Assembly: GCA_030141605.1 (NCBI GenBank)
Contig: JAQGDQ010000010.1
Location: forward strand, 682,001 to 746,000
From: Tubiluchus corallicola
Taxonomy: Eukaryota > Animalia > Priapulida
Reading direction: 5' to 3'
DNA: 64,000 nt
The translations under genes were made by a program, and so were the position numbers. The stretch's first letter is position 1; the number at the start of each line of letters is the position of its first letter. Below are positions 1-64,000 of the stretch, in pieces. The notes beneath the pieces are model-generated. The model was given only the letters and a program-made list of their open reading frames with translations. It had not been told where the DNA came from and did not search any database.

Positions 1-32105
<32,105 letters not shown>

Positions 32106-32361
32106 TAACGAAGTGCCTTAATTTTATTTTCGTAATTGTAATTTCAGTTTCAGAGAGCACAGTGTGATAAGTATTAATTTATACGCCATGTATACAATCT
32201 ACAGTGAGTAAGCATTGTCTGAGATATAAAAGCATGTTAAATATTGGGCACAATTTTTTCGATCACAATATAGTGTTGTAGTACAGAATTAAATCCCTTC
32301 TGTACTAAATTATGTCCTTACAAATTAAAAATTAATACATTTAGGTAGTAACTCTTAAAGT

Positions 32362-32530
32362 AATGTAATTGCAATGTAGTTTCATTATTTTCAACTGTTA
32401 TGATGTCATTATGCAAGGAATGTAATTGCTACACAGTTTAATTACTTTTAACTGTTATGATGTCAATGTGCCAGTAGCATAATTGCAATGCAGTTTCTTT
32501 ATTTTCAATTGTTATAATGTCAATATGATA
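32362..32530. repeat. Diverged about 58-bp tandem repeat x3 in DD3-3 3' UTR
   Basis: taattgc...gttt...atttt.aactgttatgatgtca recurs near 32362, 32419, 32478. Confidence 0.7.
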
Positions 32531-35049
32531 TGAAGGTGTAATATCTTATTGCCTCAATTATCACCTGAGTTATGTTCGATGCTGGTTCTATCTAGTATTT
32601 CAAGTAGCAGCTATTAGTTGTGCATCATTCAATAATTTACATAGTAGCAGTGACTAATTGACTATCAGCATAAAATAGCTGTTGCTAATGTGTCTTTTAA
32701 CCCTTGCCTGCTGATGCCTTCCCAGGTGCTGGTGTGACAGTGCATCCATATGAAACATATAATCTGAAACGTAGTTGTTCATTGCTGCATGTCTTGGCTT
32801 TTTAAAAATTTAGAATATAATAGAATAGAATTGTTACTATTGTGTCAGTAACAAGTTCGACTACAACTTCAACTTCAATATTGATTTACATACAGTACAC
32901 GTTGATCTTTTTACTCAAGCAATTATGAACAGACTTCGGTTTTCACATGTATTTATTCCTGAATTTTTTAAATTCATAACTATCATTGTCATAAATTTTA
33001 TTTTATTACTTTATAAAGCACAAGTGTGTTATCCCCTTGAAACGTTCCACAAGAAGTTCTTGAAGGATAAGATAATCAGTTGTATTTTTGTAAAGAATAT
33101 ACACAAGTTATAATGCTATTTTTTGCAAGAAAATCATGCATAAATAATTGTGCTAACAGTATTATTGCTGTGAGTCTTTCCGTGATGTCTAAATATACTG
33201 AGAATATTTGAAATTTTTTTTCTGTAGTAAACTAGTGCCAGTTGCTTTATCTACTTGTATTGTAAGTCGTTTGTGGTCGAAGCTAAAAAATTTCCGGGAT
33301 GTTATTTTCCACTGTATCGTTTAACAAGATTTTTCATAAAAAATAAGGCGACTCATGCAACAATTTAGTTTAGATAAATTGTGTTTTGCCATTCTCTACA
33401 GAAATAAAATTATGCTTGTCATGAAAACATTATTTTCTGCTATAGTCACAGAATGCTTTTTCTTGATTGTGGGAGAGGAGTTGACATAATCCCACAGTCA
33501 TGATAATCATAGACTAGAATAATTTATTCTATAGAGTGTTTTACTTATTATTGTCATAAGAGACAGTTTCTGCACAATTTCAAGCTAGGTAACGCATCTG
33601 GTGTATTTTAGTTTGTAACTGTGTTTTAGCTTCTCTCATGATATTTAAATTCTTCAAAAATTGTCTGTAGAGTCATGTCTGTAGCGAAACAGGCTGGGGG
33701 ACTTCATAATCAGGATTTTTGCTGTTTGACTGTAGTGGAAACTATTGGTCTACTCTTTCGTAGTGGACCAAAAATATAAATTTTTTTTTGACAATAGCTA
33801 GTTATATAATATATATATATATATGTAATTATACATAAAAAATTGTTATGAATATATGATACAAATCGAATATGTTTGATGAATAGTGAGCAAAGAAGTT
33901 TTACCGTTTGTCATTACCTGAAACAGTTTTATTATGATCGTAGTTAATTTAATTCTTGTTTTGTAATCATATTTTTGAGCAAGTTTTCATAATTGTACCA
34001 AGTACTTTCTGCAGGCAGAAATAAAGGCATAAACACATGAAAGAAATCTTTGGTTGTAGACATTTTTATTTCATATTAACAAACGACACATCATAATCAC
34101 GAACTTCTGTTCATAAGCGATTTCTAGGTTGCAGCAGTCTCACACCGAGATAAAACTTCTAATTTTCAAAAGATAAATTATCATTGTCATCTTCACAGTT
34201 ACAGGGGTCATCACATAAACAAAAAGCAAGACTCTATGACACTTTGTGAGTTGCTGAATAAAAAGAACACACTCGGTCAATACATCACGTTACCAAAATG
34301 AAATAAGTTAGCCTAAATGGGCCAACATTTGTTGGAAAATTTTACTGTGAATGACTGGTTATTTTCTGTTAGAATCTTATTGGAAAGATCTGTATATATA
34401 TCCCTAACATAAACCTAAAATATGCATTGTATAAAGATGTTTTTATACATATATCACATCAAGCAGATTCATAGGAGACTAAACAGATCATCTGATGCAT
34501 TACATCTGAAAATGGAAATTTAACAGAATAAGAGCCTAATTCTTTGTCCAAATGTAACAGCAAAATTTCAGTTCAGTAGTCCTAGAATAACTTAAACATT
34601 TAAATATCTCTTAGCGACATATTTACAATGTACTAAGAAACTGAGTAGCTGTGATATTATGTCTTGAGCAGAAGATTTGAACTGACTGTAAATATTGATA
34701 AAAATGTGCCAAAATGGAGTTTGTGTAATGTGGCAGTTACACCTTACAAACCAGCAAAACATGAATGGCATACACCAACCCTAACTTCAAGAAAACATTT
34801 CAAACTTTGTGTAGCCAGCTTTAACACAATCGTTTATCGAAAAATGCAAAGCCACCAATTAATAAAACCTATAAAGTCATTTGGACTGTCAGTAGTTATG
34901 CCCATCTCTGTTAAGTTCACACAAAAATTCATTAGCAAAATCGACTTTTAAAAATCTTTACAGCCATGAACTGACTTATCACTGGTTTAGCACATAAAAA
35001 TAAAAATTCGAAGCATTCACAGCACTTTACGTGTGTAATCAAATTAATA

Positions 35050-55197
<20,148 letters not shown>

Positions 55198-55728
55198 GGT
55201 TAAAATACCAAGCATACGTTTACTTAAGGAAACCTTCAATAAAAAAATAAGACAATTTTATTACACTTTTAAATTAGACATTAAATAAATCTAATTTAAC
55301 AAAATTGTTGCAGTGACTATTGAGCATCTAAGAAACAGTGCAATTTTCCGGACATATGACATGCTGATATATGATCCAAAATATATATTTTATCACCTAT
55401 AATGGTTGTCAAAATATTACCTTTAACAGAAAATCTCCCTAAGCAATAATATTTAAATTAAGTTTTGCAGTACGTCTTATACATCTATAATAATCTCTGC
55501 AAGGGCTTCCACGTAGATGAAAGCATGTCCTAAATCACAAACGCACATGTGGCGTCCGGGGTGCTCAAATTTACATCCCTGAGTGCTTCAAACCTGTGTG
55601 CGTTCATAATAGTACTTTGCTGAGCTATCACTCGAACAAACTTTAGTATCTGGCAGTATGAACTTAGTAAAAAAAACAATACTCACCGAATTCGTACAAG
55701 AAAGCATCATTTCCTTTTCAAATAACGA

Positions 55729-55739
55729 GGAAAATTCCC
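55729..55739 (-). promoter_or_regulatory. Candidate NF-kB/Dorsal-type site near the Factor C 5' end
   Basis: GGGAATTTTCC on the minus strand; motif match only. Confidence 0.35.
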
Positions 55740-58700
55740 GGGAACCACAACGCTCTAGATCCAGTCAACGAAAAGAAAGTGTTACAACGTTGTTTTTAAA
55801 AACAGGAAGACCGTTGCACGCTTTTTCAGACGAAGTGTCTGGCTTCAATTGCAAAGTGAAGACATTCCTGACACATGTTATAATCACTCCAGTAAGGTCG
55901 TTAAACACGTACGTGACAGTATTCACCGCGTACGTTTGCGTGAGCACTGTGCTACCTTCCAAACCCTCTGACTAAATACTATATCTTACTACACATCATT
56001 TTTCTCAAAATTTAGTCTTCGATAGAAGAACGGTCTTCACAGCACGAAAAGTGTCTAATTTTACAAAAACAGTCTAAAAACACTTCTTGTAAAGCGAAAA
56101 GGTGATCAGACTTTAACAAACATTGTCAGGTGAGGAAGACAGTAGAAACTGCATGTCAAAAAATACTTTCACGCGCAGAAAAGAAATACACTAAAAGTGT
56201 ACCAATCAGTGATGTAAATGTGTTTGTCGCGTCACCGTGAATCTCTGACATCAGGAAAGCTGTCCAAGACCATGCAAACTTAGGCACGTTCCGTCTCTGT
56301 TCTTTTCTAGCACTTCAAAATTAGCAAACTTTTCACTAAAACAATATTTATGCCACAGCGTGCGCAAAAGCTGTCAAAGTTTAACAGCGGATGCCTGGCG
56401 AAACAAGGTTTTTGGACCACAAACGAAAAAAACCGTGACATGAGACACAATACACAAACAACGCAAGTGGCATTAGGTACCACTTTAAAAGATGATAAAG
56501 TTTATAACCCTTTCTGACAAACACTTTGTCTGTGCAGGCGCTAAGAATAGATGCAGACACAAATTTCAGATCGCAGTTAATTCGTAGAAACCACAAGCAA
56601 ATCCATTCAGCAACTTGTTCTAGCAGCAAAAATGTCTGTTTCCCACTTGCAACTGCGCAACAAGAAGCTGTTTTTGCTCTTATAAAAGATCCAATTAGTG
56701 CCTAGACTCTGAAACTCCAGATATTTATCATAGGCAGACATGAGCTAGCCTTGCTCAACACATAAGTAACGTTAATTATGGATCAATAAATTTCGGCAAA
56801 GTTTGTTCTTTAAACACATACAGAACTCACAATCAAGCAAAAATATGAGACGCGCAAGGAACATATAGTCAAAGCAAAACAAAAAACAACAAAAAAAAGT
56901 AACATGCAGGCAAACAAACAATAGTAAAACACAAAAACTTATATCAAGAAAAAACGACAAAGGCGATACGCAAAGAACAGAAATAATCCTAAAAAGCTCA
57001 TTCAACAGTTCGAAAAAATCGACTTAAATGTGCATTTTTTAAACAAACCTTCGCACACTATTTGCGATCTTTAACTAGATTATTTTGACCTAGGAAGCAA
57101 TGCACACATGACCAAAGCACAAGCGGTCCAGTGGGGCCTATACACGAATAATGAAATCATACTCTTACACAAAAAATCACAGATGCCGCTTATTAAGTTC
57201 ACACGTTGATCTTTTCTTACACACAAGCCCTTCAAAACCAGAAGCAATTTCACACTGTAACTGGGCAGAGGAATAAACACACCCCTCCTGAGAGTCCCTA
57301 GAGCCCAATAAGAAACCACGTATCAAATTGTGACATTAATACTGTGGCGGTAGCGTGAAGACACCCACACACAGCTTGCAGTCACTTGCGGTATCAATTT
57401 TGAGATCGCAAGCTAGATTTTGTGTAGAAAGAAAATTGCGACACACTACTTCAGCTGCATGTATGAAAATATACATTCAAATAATCAGACGTTAGTAACA
57501 TCACACCACATTTAACAACTTAAAGAAACAAAATTGTATCGTCAAGAGAAAGGAAATAGGCAGACAGATTATGAAAAAAAGGATGTCATATATTATTACA
57601 TTTAATTCATGCTTAATGTTTAGTCCAAGTTTCAACGGACTGAATTTGAGTGCCGTAAAATAAAAATTCCTCTTTGAATGCAGTGTACTTTAACTGTGGT
57701 TACAAATGATGATTACACGATACTGGCAAAGACAAGTAATCCGTTCGTAATAGGTAATTAATTGCTAATGTTAATTAACAGTAAATATTCTTCGTATAGC
57801 TGCAAAATTCCATACTTAAAAAGAAATTTTAGTTCCTACAACTGGCACAAAATTAGTGGGTAGAATCCAATCTTCAACCAAGATATGAGTTTGCCACCTC
57901 TTCTTATACCACAACGCAAATAGTACATCATGAAAGGCAATTAACTAATAATTACACTTCATTTTGAACATTAATACCTGCATATATACTGATGCCTTTC
58001 TCACTGTTTTTTTTCTGATTATGTTTTAAATTGGGCAGTTTCATTGGCCATGTTTATTTCAGCTGCTACCTCATAAAGAGAAGATGTACATACATCCAAA
58101 TGTGGCTAAGACACCTTTGTTGGTTCAGTGGCTCATTTTAGAGGTATAGTATAGCCTTGATAATGAGGCAGATTGCAGTCTCGTCAGGACCGTCCAATTT
58201 GAGTAGACTTTCCGTCGAGTGCAAGAACTGGCTTGCAGGATTTGTATAAAAAATGGTTAGCACGGTGGTTTCATGTAGTGAATGATGTCCGATATAATTT
58301 GATTAGAGATAAGATTGCTCTCCAATGATGGCACAGGTCCTGGTAGAGAACAATTTTTTCACCACTCATTTTTCATGTCAACCATAACAGATTATACGAA
58401 TTACAGAGTAAGTTAAGACTGTCTCAAAATTACAGAAACATATCATTAATAAAAAGAATAATTGTTTTGAATAGATAGCATTAGGCTAAATTAAAATGGA
58501 ACACGATTTAAAAGATAATCAAAGCATTGACGTAATCACATAGATATGATTAACGAAGGCGAGCTTCCTACAATTTAAAAAAATTTAAAAATCTAGCTAG
58601 TCAATATGTTAATAACCAAAAATACAATTTTATTGTAATTGTTTATACACAAGATTTACATCTATAGGAAAATTTAGCATAATCAATATTATTAAATTTG

Positions 58701-61700
58701 GACACTAATAAGGAAAAGTAATTTATAATTGGCATCATACAGAAGCGATGAATTCCCACACATCAAAAACAGAGCCAAGAATTATTCAAATTAACAATAA
58801 AATGAACATTTCTGAATTAGGGACTTTTGGGTAAGTCCAACAATCACTACACGTACATAGCACCTGCATCAACAAATTAGGACACTCTTTAACAATTTGA
58901 AGTTGGATAGCTTAGTAGCTAAGGCCGCTTGTCTAAAAATATACACAAACACGAAAGATCATCAATTTACAAGCCCTTTCTTTCAAACCTTTTGGTTTTT
59001 AAAATTATTTTTTCCCAAGTATAACTTGAATTTCACGTATTCCTTTAAGTATTTCACCAAAAAGATTTTACTAGCCATGTGTTAAATTTAGTTTTTTTAG
59101 AATAAACATTATTCTAAAAACATTACTCAAAATAAACATTAGATGCAAACAAACATTTTGTACAGCTTAAATCTCTATCACAAAAGACATTTCATGCTTA
59201 TTCCCAGAAGTTTAAAAAAATTGATTGTTCTCATCAAGAGATATTAACAGACCACAGCAAACAATTTATGCACTTTCTTATTCTTAGATATGTCTTTATA
59301 ATGGCTGGGGAAACACTGTGTTATTAAATCATAACCACAAACAATTTTTCTGATTCTTAGGTACTTTTTAAAAAAGCTTTGCAAGCAGAATGTTGTACAA
59401 TGCACACACCTTTCTTCTATATCTAGTACTAGTTAATGTACAGATATATAACATGACAAAAAAGTTAATAATCTTCGAATATGTAAATTCATGAAACTTA
59501 TCAACAATTCAAAGAAAAGAAATAATTCAAACAATACATTAACAAAAAAATAATCAGTGATTTTTCAGAAATTTGGCAGGTCGATCTTGATATACTCATA
59601 TATTTGGGCAATCTTGCTAAAAACGAACGGTTTTTTTGTTTAATAAATAGTAAGAAATATAAAGCTATGTATGCTTCAAATATCAGCAATAGGAAAGGAA
59701 TGTAAATTTTGAGGAAGATGTTATGCAAGACAAAAGTTAGATGCAGCATAACATGCAAATTTTGAAATTTATTAATTAATTTAAACAAAAAATTTTTAGA
59801 ATGTTACAATACTGTCTGCTCCTTTGTGGCGGACCTTCTGTATTACAAATGCCAAACTGCATCTGTGGCCTAATAGGGGTGCAAGACTTCTACAATTACT
59901 GTACAGAATTTGCAATGTAAGTACGAAAACCATTGCAGAAGCAACAATACAATTTTTCTTTCTGATATGAATGACATCAAAATTAATACTGGCTGCCCAT
60001 CTGTCTAATAGTCAAACAACAACAAATATCTTATCATAGTATTAATTTACAAAACCAAAATAGAAATAAGGAAATTAGAGATAATTATACACTTTGCACC
60101 CATTACAAATTGTTTTCTTGTTGCTAAACTTTTTAAAATATGTGAAGTGGATACATTTTAAATGATTTTGAACAACCACACAGTGGGATGCACAAATTAT
60201 TATCTCTCTACTGCCCAACGTGACATGGGAGTAACACTGTATTATACAGGTTATTAAAAATCTCGCAAAGCATATTTGCCCATAAAAGATCACTTTGACT
60301 ACAAAGTGACACCAATAGAATTTGCATTAATTAGCAGAGTAGTGTATAACTGTCATAATAAGTATTTTTATTCCACATGGCGTTGTCTGTTTCAGAGACA
60401 TATGACTATGAATTTCTAACTTCTTCAAATAGCCGTTTCTGACTATATATATCAAAATAAAATACTATTTTACCTTTTTCAATTTATCTAATTGTAATTA
60501 GTGGTTGTTACCTGAAAGTAACAATGAGTTACCAAGCATGAGCACATTACATTATATCAGTAGTTACAATAATGTGAAATTTAGCAGTTAGGTAGCAATA
60601 ACGCATTTACATGTACAAAAATAATTGCCTGTAGTGCTTTCTCTAACTTTGCATGTAATTAAGGTTATCTTCAGCTACACACGTAGGCTACTTTATTAAA
60701 CAAAACTTATAAACCTTAGACATTTTATAAGTGGTAGGTCTATATTGCTTTTACACACACCTGTATGTATTGCAGAAATGTTCAAATGCGGTAAATATCT
60801 GCAAGCCACTTCATGCTATCAATGAAAATTATGGCAAATACCTAGGTAATACCAGCAAAAATGTTTAATGGGAAAAAACACAAGCACCCGTCACTGACGC
60901 TTTGTACTTCTGCATTAGATGCTACAAATGCTAGAGATAGGCAAAACTGCTATGTTGCAATTGACGTTCATGAGATTGAGTAGAATAAAATGACGAATTG
61001 TTCAGCAAAACAGAATTGATGAATTTTATATGAGCATCAAATTGTGAGGTAGATGAAAAAAATGTGATTACAATTTCTTATTTACACTGTTTCTGTGTAG
61101 GTTTTGCAGACAGTGAGTATGGCATTTCATGTGGCATAATTCAGCACGCTATCGGATATCGATTTTTTATTACCTGTATGCACCCAGTGTTACCCCAAAG
61201 TCACAAAGGTCTATTTACATTTATTCTATACAAGTACTTTTTCTAGTAATATACGGATTACTAATTTCTGGAAATGATTTGTTTACATAGCTTATGGTAA
61301 TTTGTAGAGGCTCAATATTCCTGACATTAAAACAGCATCAGCAAATCTAATACTTTAAACTCGACAAAATACACCTAAGGAACAAAATTCTGCTTTGCTT
61401 TTCTTCATCCCTTTTCCAAACTTGGCCTTTGATGTTCATTAACATTTCCTTTTGTTTTTACAGTAAGAATACTTGCAAATGCTCCAAAGCTATAGGGTAA
61501 TACTACTACAATGATTATAAATCAGAGCATTTGGTACCAGATTATGGATGCTAACAGTAACAGCAAAGCTGAAAAATTTTAAACAGTGCATATTTCGTAC
61601 AAATGTGAGAAGAATATCATGAATAAAATTACGAATTAAATCACGACTGCCTATTATATCTCCCTAAAGTAAATTTGGCCACAATTGTTTTATAAAAAAA

Positions 61701-62499
61701 TATCATGTACAGCAGAAAACAAAATACATACCGGCATGCATGGTAGTACCATCTCATTATTTGACAAGTAGCTTTATCTGGCGGGCTTTAAATAAATACC
61801 ATTTCGAGTACCTGCAAGCAAATAAATCACTTATTAGGAATACAAAATCATCTTCAATCTCTCTCTAAAGAAATGTTTGGTATTCTGTTCCAGCAAATGT
61901 CAGCTAATGGTAGAACTAATATTGTATAGCAATGCACAATTGCTACATTTCAATTCATTTTAATCAAACACATGCTAACATCGCTAGTGAAGTATGTCAA
62001 ACCTCATCGAACTAGCTGTTCCTCACTGACAGTTTATTTTTCAAACCAGGACTACTGGAGAAAATCTTTACCTGTTTTCAAAAATAGAATCCCCGTGTAG
62101 AGGGAATCGATCCATTCAAACCAATGCAAATGCTGGGGGTATGGTGGTGTAGTGCTTCATGTCTATTTCTGATAAAACCTAGCTTCACAAGCACTACTAT
62201 TGCATCACCATCACCAACAAGTTGTTTTTTTAGTTACTCGTAAAATTATGCTCTGGGCACAGACTTTCTTACTGTGCAGCACTCAGGCTGAATTTTCTAA
62301 AGGTTATTGTTCTTGTTCTTGATGGTGTTTTGTTGATGTAGTGATTTTTATTGTACATATGCAGTGATTTTTACTATATATATACATTTTGCCTATACTT
62401 CTTGAACATGATGAGGAAGTGGAAGGTTCGCAGTTAAAGGAAACAGCACATTGAAATGGGTGTTACCTGGAATAAAGCTCATTTTATTTTTTACTTATC

Positions 62500-62630
62500 T
62501 TGCTGCTGCTGTTATTGTTGTTTTTGTTGTTGGTTGTTGTTGCTGCTGCTTTTATTGCTGCCATTGTCATTGTTCTTGATGTTGGCATGGTTGTTGTAGT
62601 TGGCTTTATTGTTCGTTGCTGCTGCTATTT
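62500..62630. repeat. (GTT/GCT)n low-complexity trinucleotide tract
   Basis: Direct reading. Confidence 0.75.
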
Positions 62631-62719
62631 TTATAAAGCAGAGTAAACAAAATACAACAAAGTAAAAATCCATTATTTTAATAAAAATTGTAAAATTGTC
62701 TGGGAAAAGAATACATTAC

Positions 62720-64000
62720 CTTTTTGAAAAGTATTCGTTTTAAAACGCTTGCTACGTCTTAGCTTTAATGGAGAGACATAGTTAGCAAATGTAGCATTTT
62801 CTTCCACAAAAGCAGGTTTTTCAGCATTCACTTCGATACTGTCAGTATCTGCAAAAGGGCATGTGTCATCATGATTGACATGAAATTGATTTCTGGAACA
62901 TCCAGATGAGTGATTTCGTTTTCGAGATGAAATTGAGGAACTATGTTTCTCTTGGTCATCAAATTGTCTGTCGGCGGATTTTTCTCCAACGTCTGTAACT
63001 TCTGTAACTACCACTACTTCACTGGATTTTTCAAATGTAGGAGAACAAGATTCATCTTCCTTATCATATACTGGAATGACTTTGTTATCTACACAGTCAG
63101 CAACTATTTCATGGACAACATCGCTAATTTTTGAAGCATCATCTTGTTCATGCACAATAGCAATATCTTCACATGGATTTGAGACATTCGTAGGACTCTC
63201 CACACAATCTTTCAGCAAAGACTGACTGTCCGTATCAGATATTCTGTTCACCTCTTTTTCTTGTGTCCTTTTTTCCACCTGGTTACTTTCAGTCTTCTTT
63301 GACTGCACATTTTCCACTTCCCCATCGGGTTCAAAAAGTATAGACAAAATGTCAAATGTAGGAGACAAAGACTTTAGTCCACAATTATCTTTATTTTGAT
63401 CAATGCTATCAAATTTTGGACTACTAGCAACATTGTTTTCACTTTTTCTATTGTTAGCACTTTTATCCTTCCACGCTGGACTACATGAGAAGATATCCTC
63501 AATGCTGGACCCACTGAGTGTCTTGCCTCTGATTTTTGAAACAGACTCGGTTTGCTCGACCTCCACATCGGTATCTGAGCCAGAGTCTTCGCAAGTAATT
63601 TTGCAGGGTAGTTTTCGCATATTGTATTCTTTCATAACCACAGGAATGTTTTTAATATCACGACCATATTCTCCGAAGCTGTTTAGTTCATTAAGTATTG
63701 ATTCTTCCAGCTCGTCTGTGGAAGACGAATCCGAATCAGATAAACTGAAGAATTTGTCATCTTTTTTGCTATGAAGGCGTTTTCGACTTTGGATACCATT
63801 TTTATCCCGAATTTTTGCTTCTTGTGCAGCCTTATTAGTCCTAGCGTCACTTTCACTATTTAAGAGGAGAACGTTATTGTCACTACTGCAGTGGTCTGCT
63901 GTATATGAGCTAGATGAGCATCCAGCTGTTGCAGATATACGAGGTATTCCAGATGTCGATGGTTTTGCAGTTCGCAATTTCATCTCCGAGATGAGTGCAG
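62720..64000 (-). CDS. Large internal exon of an uncharacterised acidic Ser/Asp/Glu-rich, probably disordered nuclear protein (5'-partial)
   Basis: 436-aa ORF in AT-rich DNA, frame open to the window edge; donor AAA G|GTAATG at 62719; basic clusters RKRLHSKK, SRKRNH, LRRSKRFK; no domain recognised. Confidence 0.75.

Noticed and set aside
56000-61700. Numerous 60-95 aa ORFs upstream of Factor C
   Set aside because: AT-rich, no motifs or coherent splice structure; consistent with intergenic DNA or a long UTR.

Overview
AT-rich, intron-rich animal (invertebrate) genomic DNA; nothing prokaryotic. Four protein-coding genes can be spliced by hand. (1) On +, the 3' part of a DD3-3-like membrane protein gene (9 exons, 1..32105). 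(2) On -, a gene nested wholly inside the 25.7-kb DD3-3 intron 5062..30806, encoding signal peptide + two C-type lectin domains + about 68 near-identical calcium-binding EGF repeats in one 8.4-kb exon; a 5,523-bp tandem duplication inside it may be an assembly artefact. (3) On -, a complete horseshoe-crab clotting Factor C orthologue (19 core coding exons, about 1005 aa: Cys-rich, 3 CCP, LCCL, C-type lectin, 2 CCP, trypsin domain with a Phe-Ile activation site) that lacks the EGF module and the RWR LPS-binding tripeptide. (4) On -, a large exon of an uncharacterised acidic/disordered protein running off the right edge. Introns hold Tc1-, Tigger- and LINE-derived relics, microsatellites and a 132-bp near-perfect palindrome. 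Gene models were derived by manual splice-phase reading; family assignments rest on recalled motifs, not database searches.
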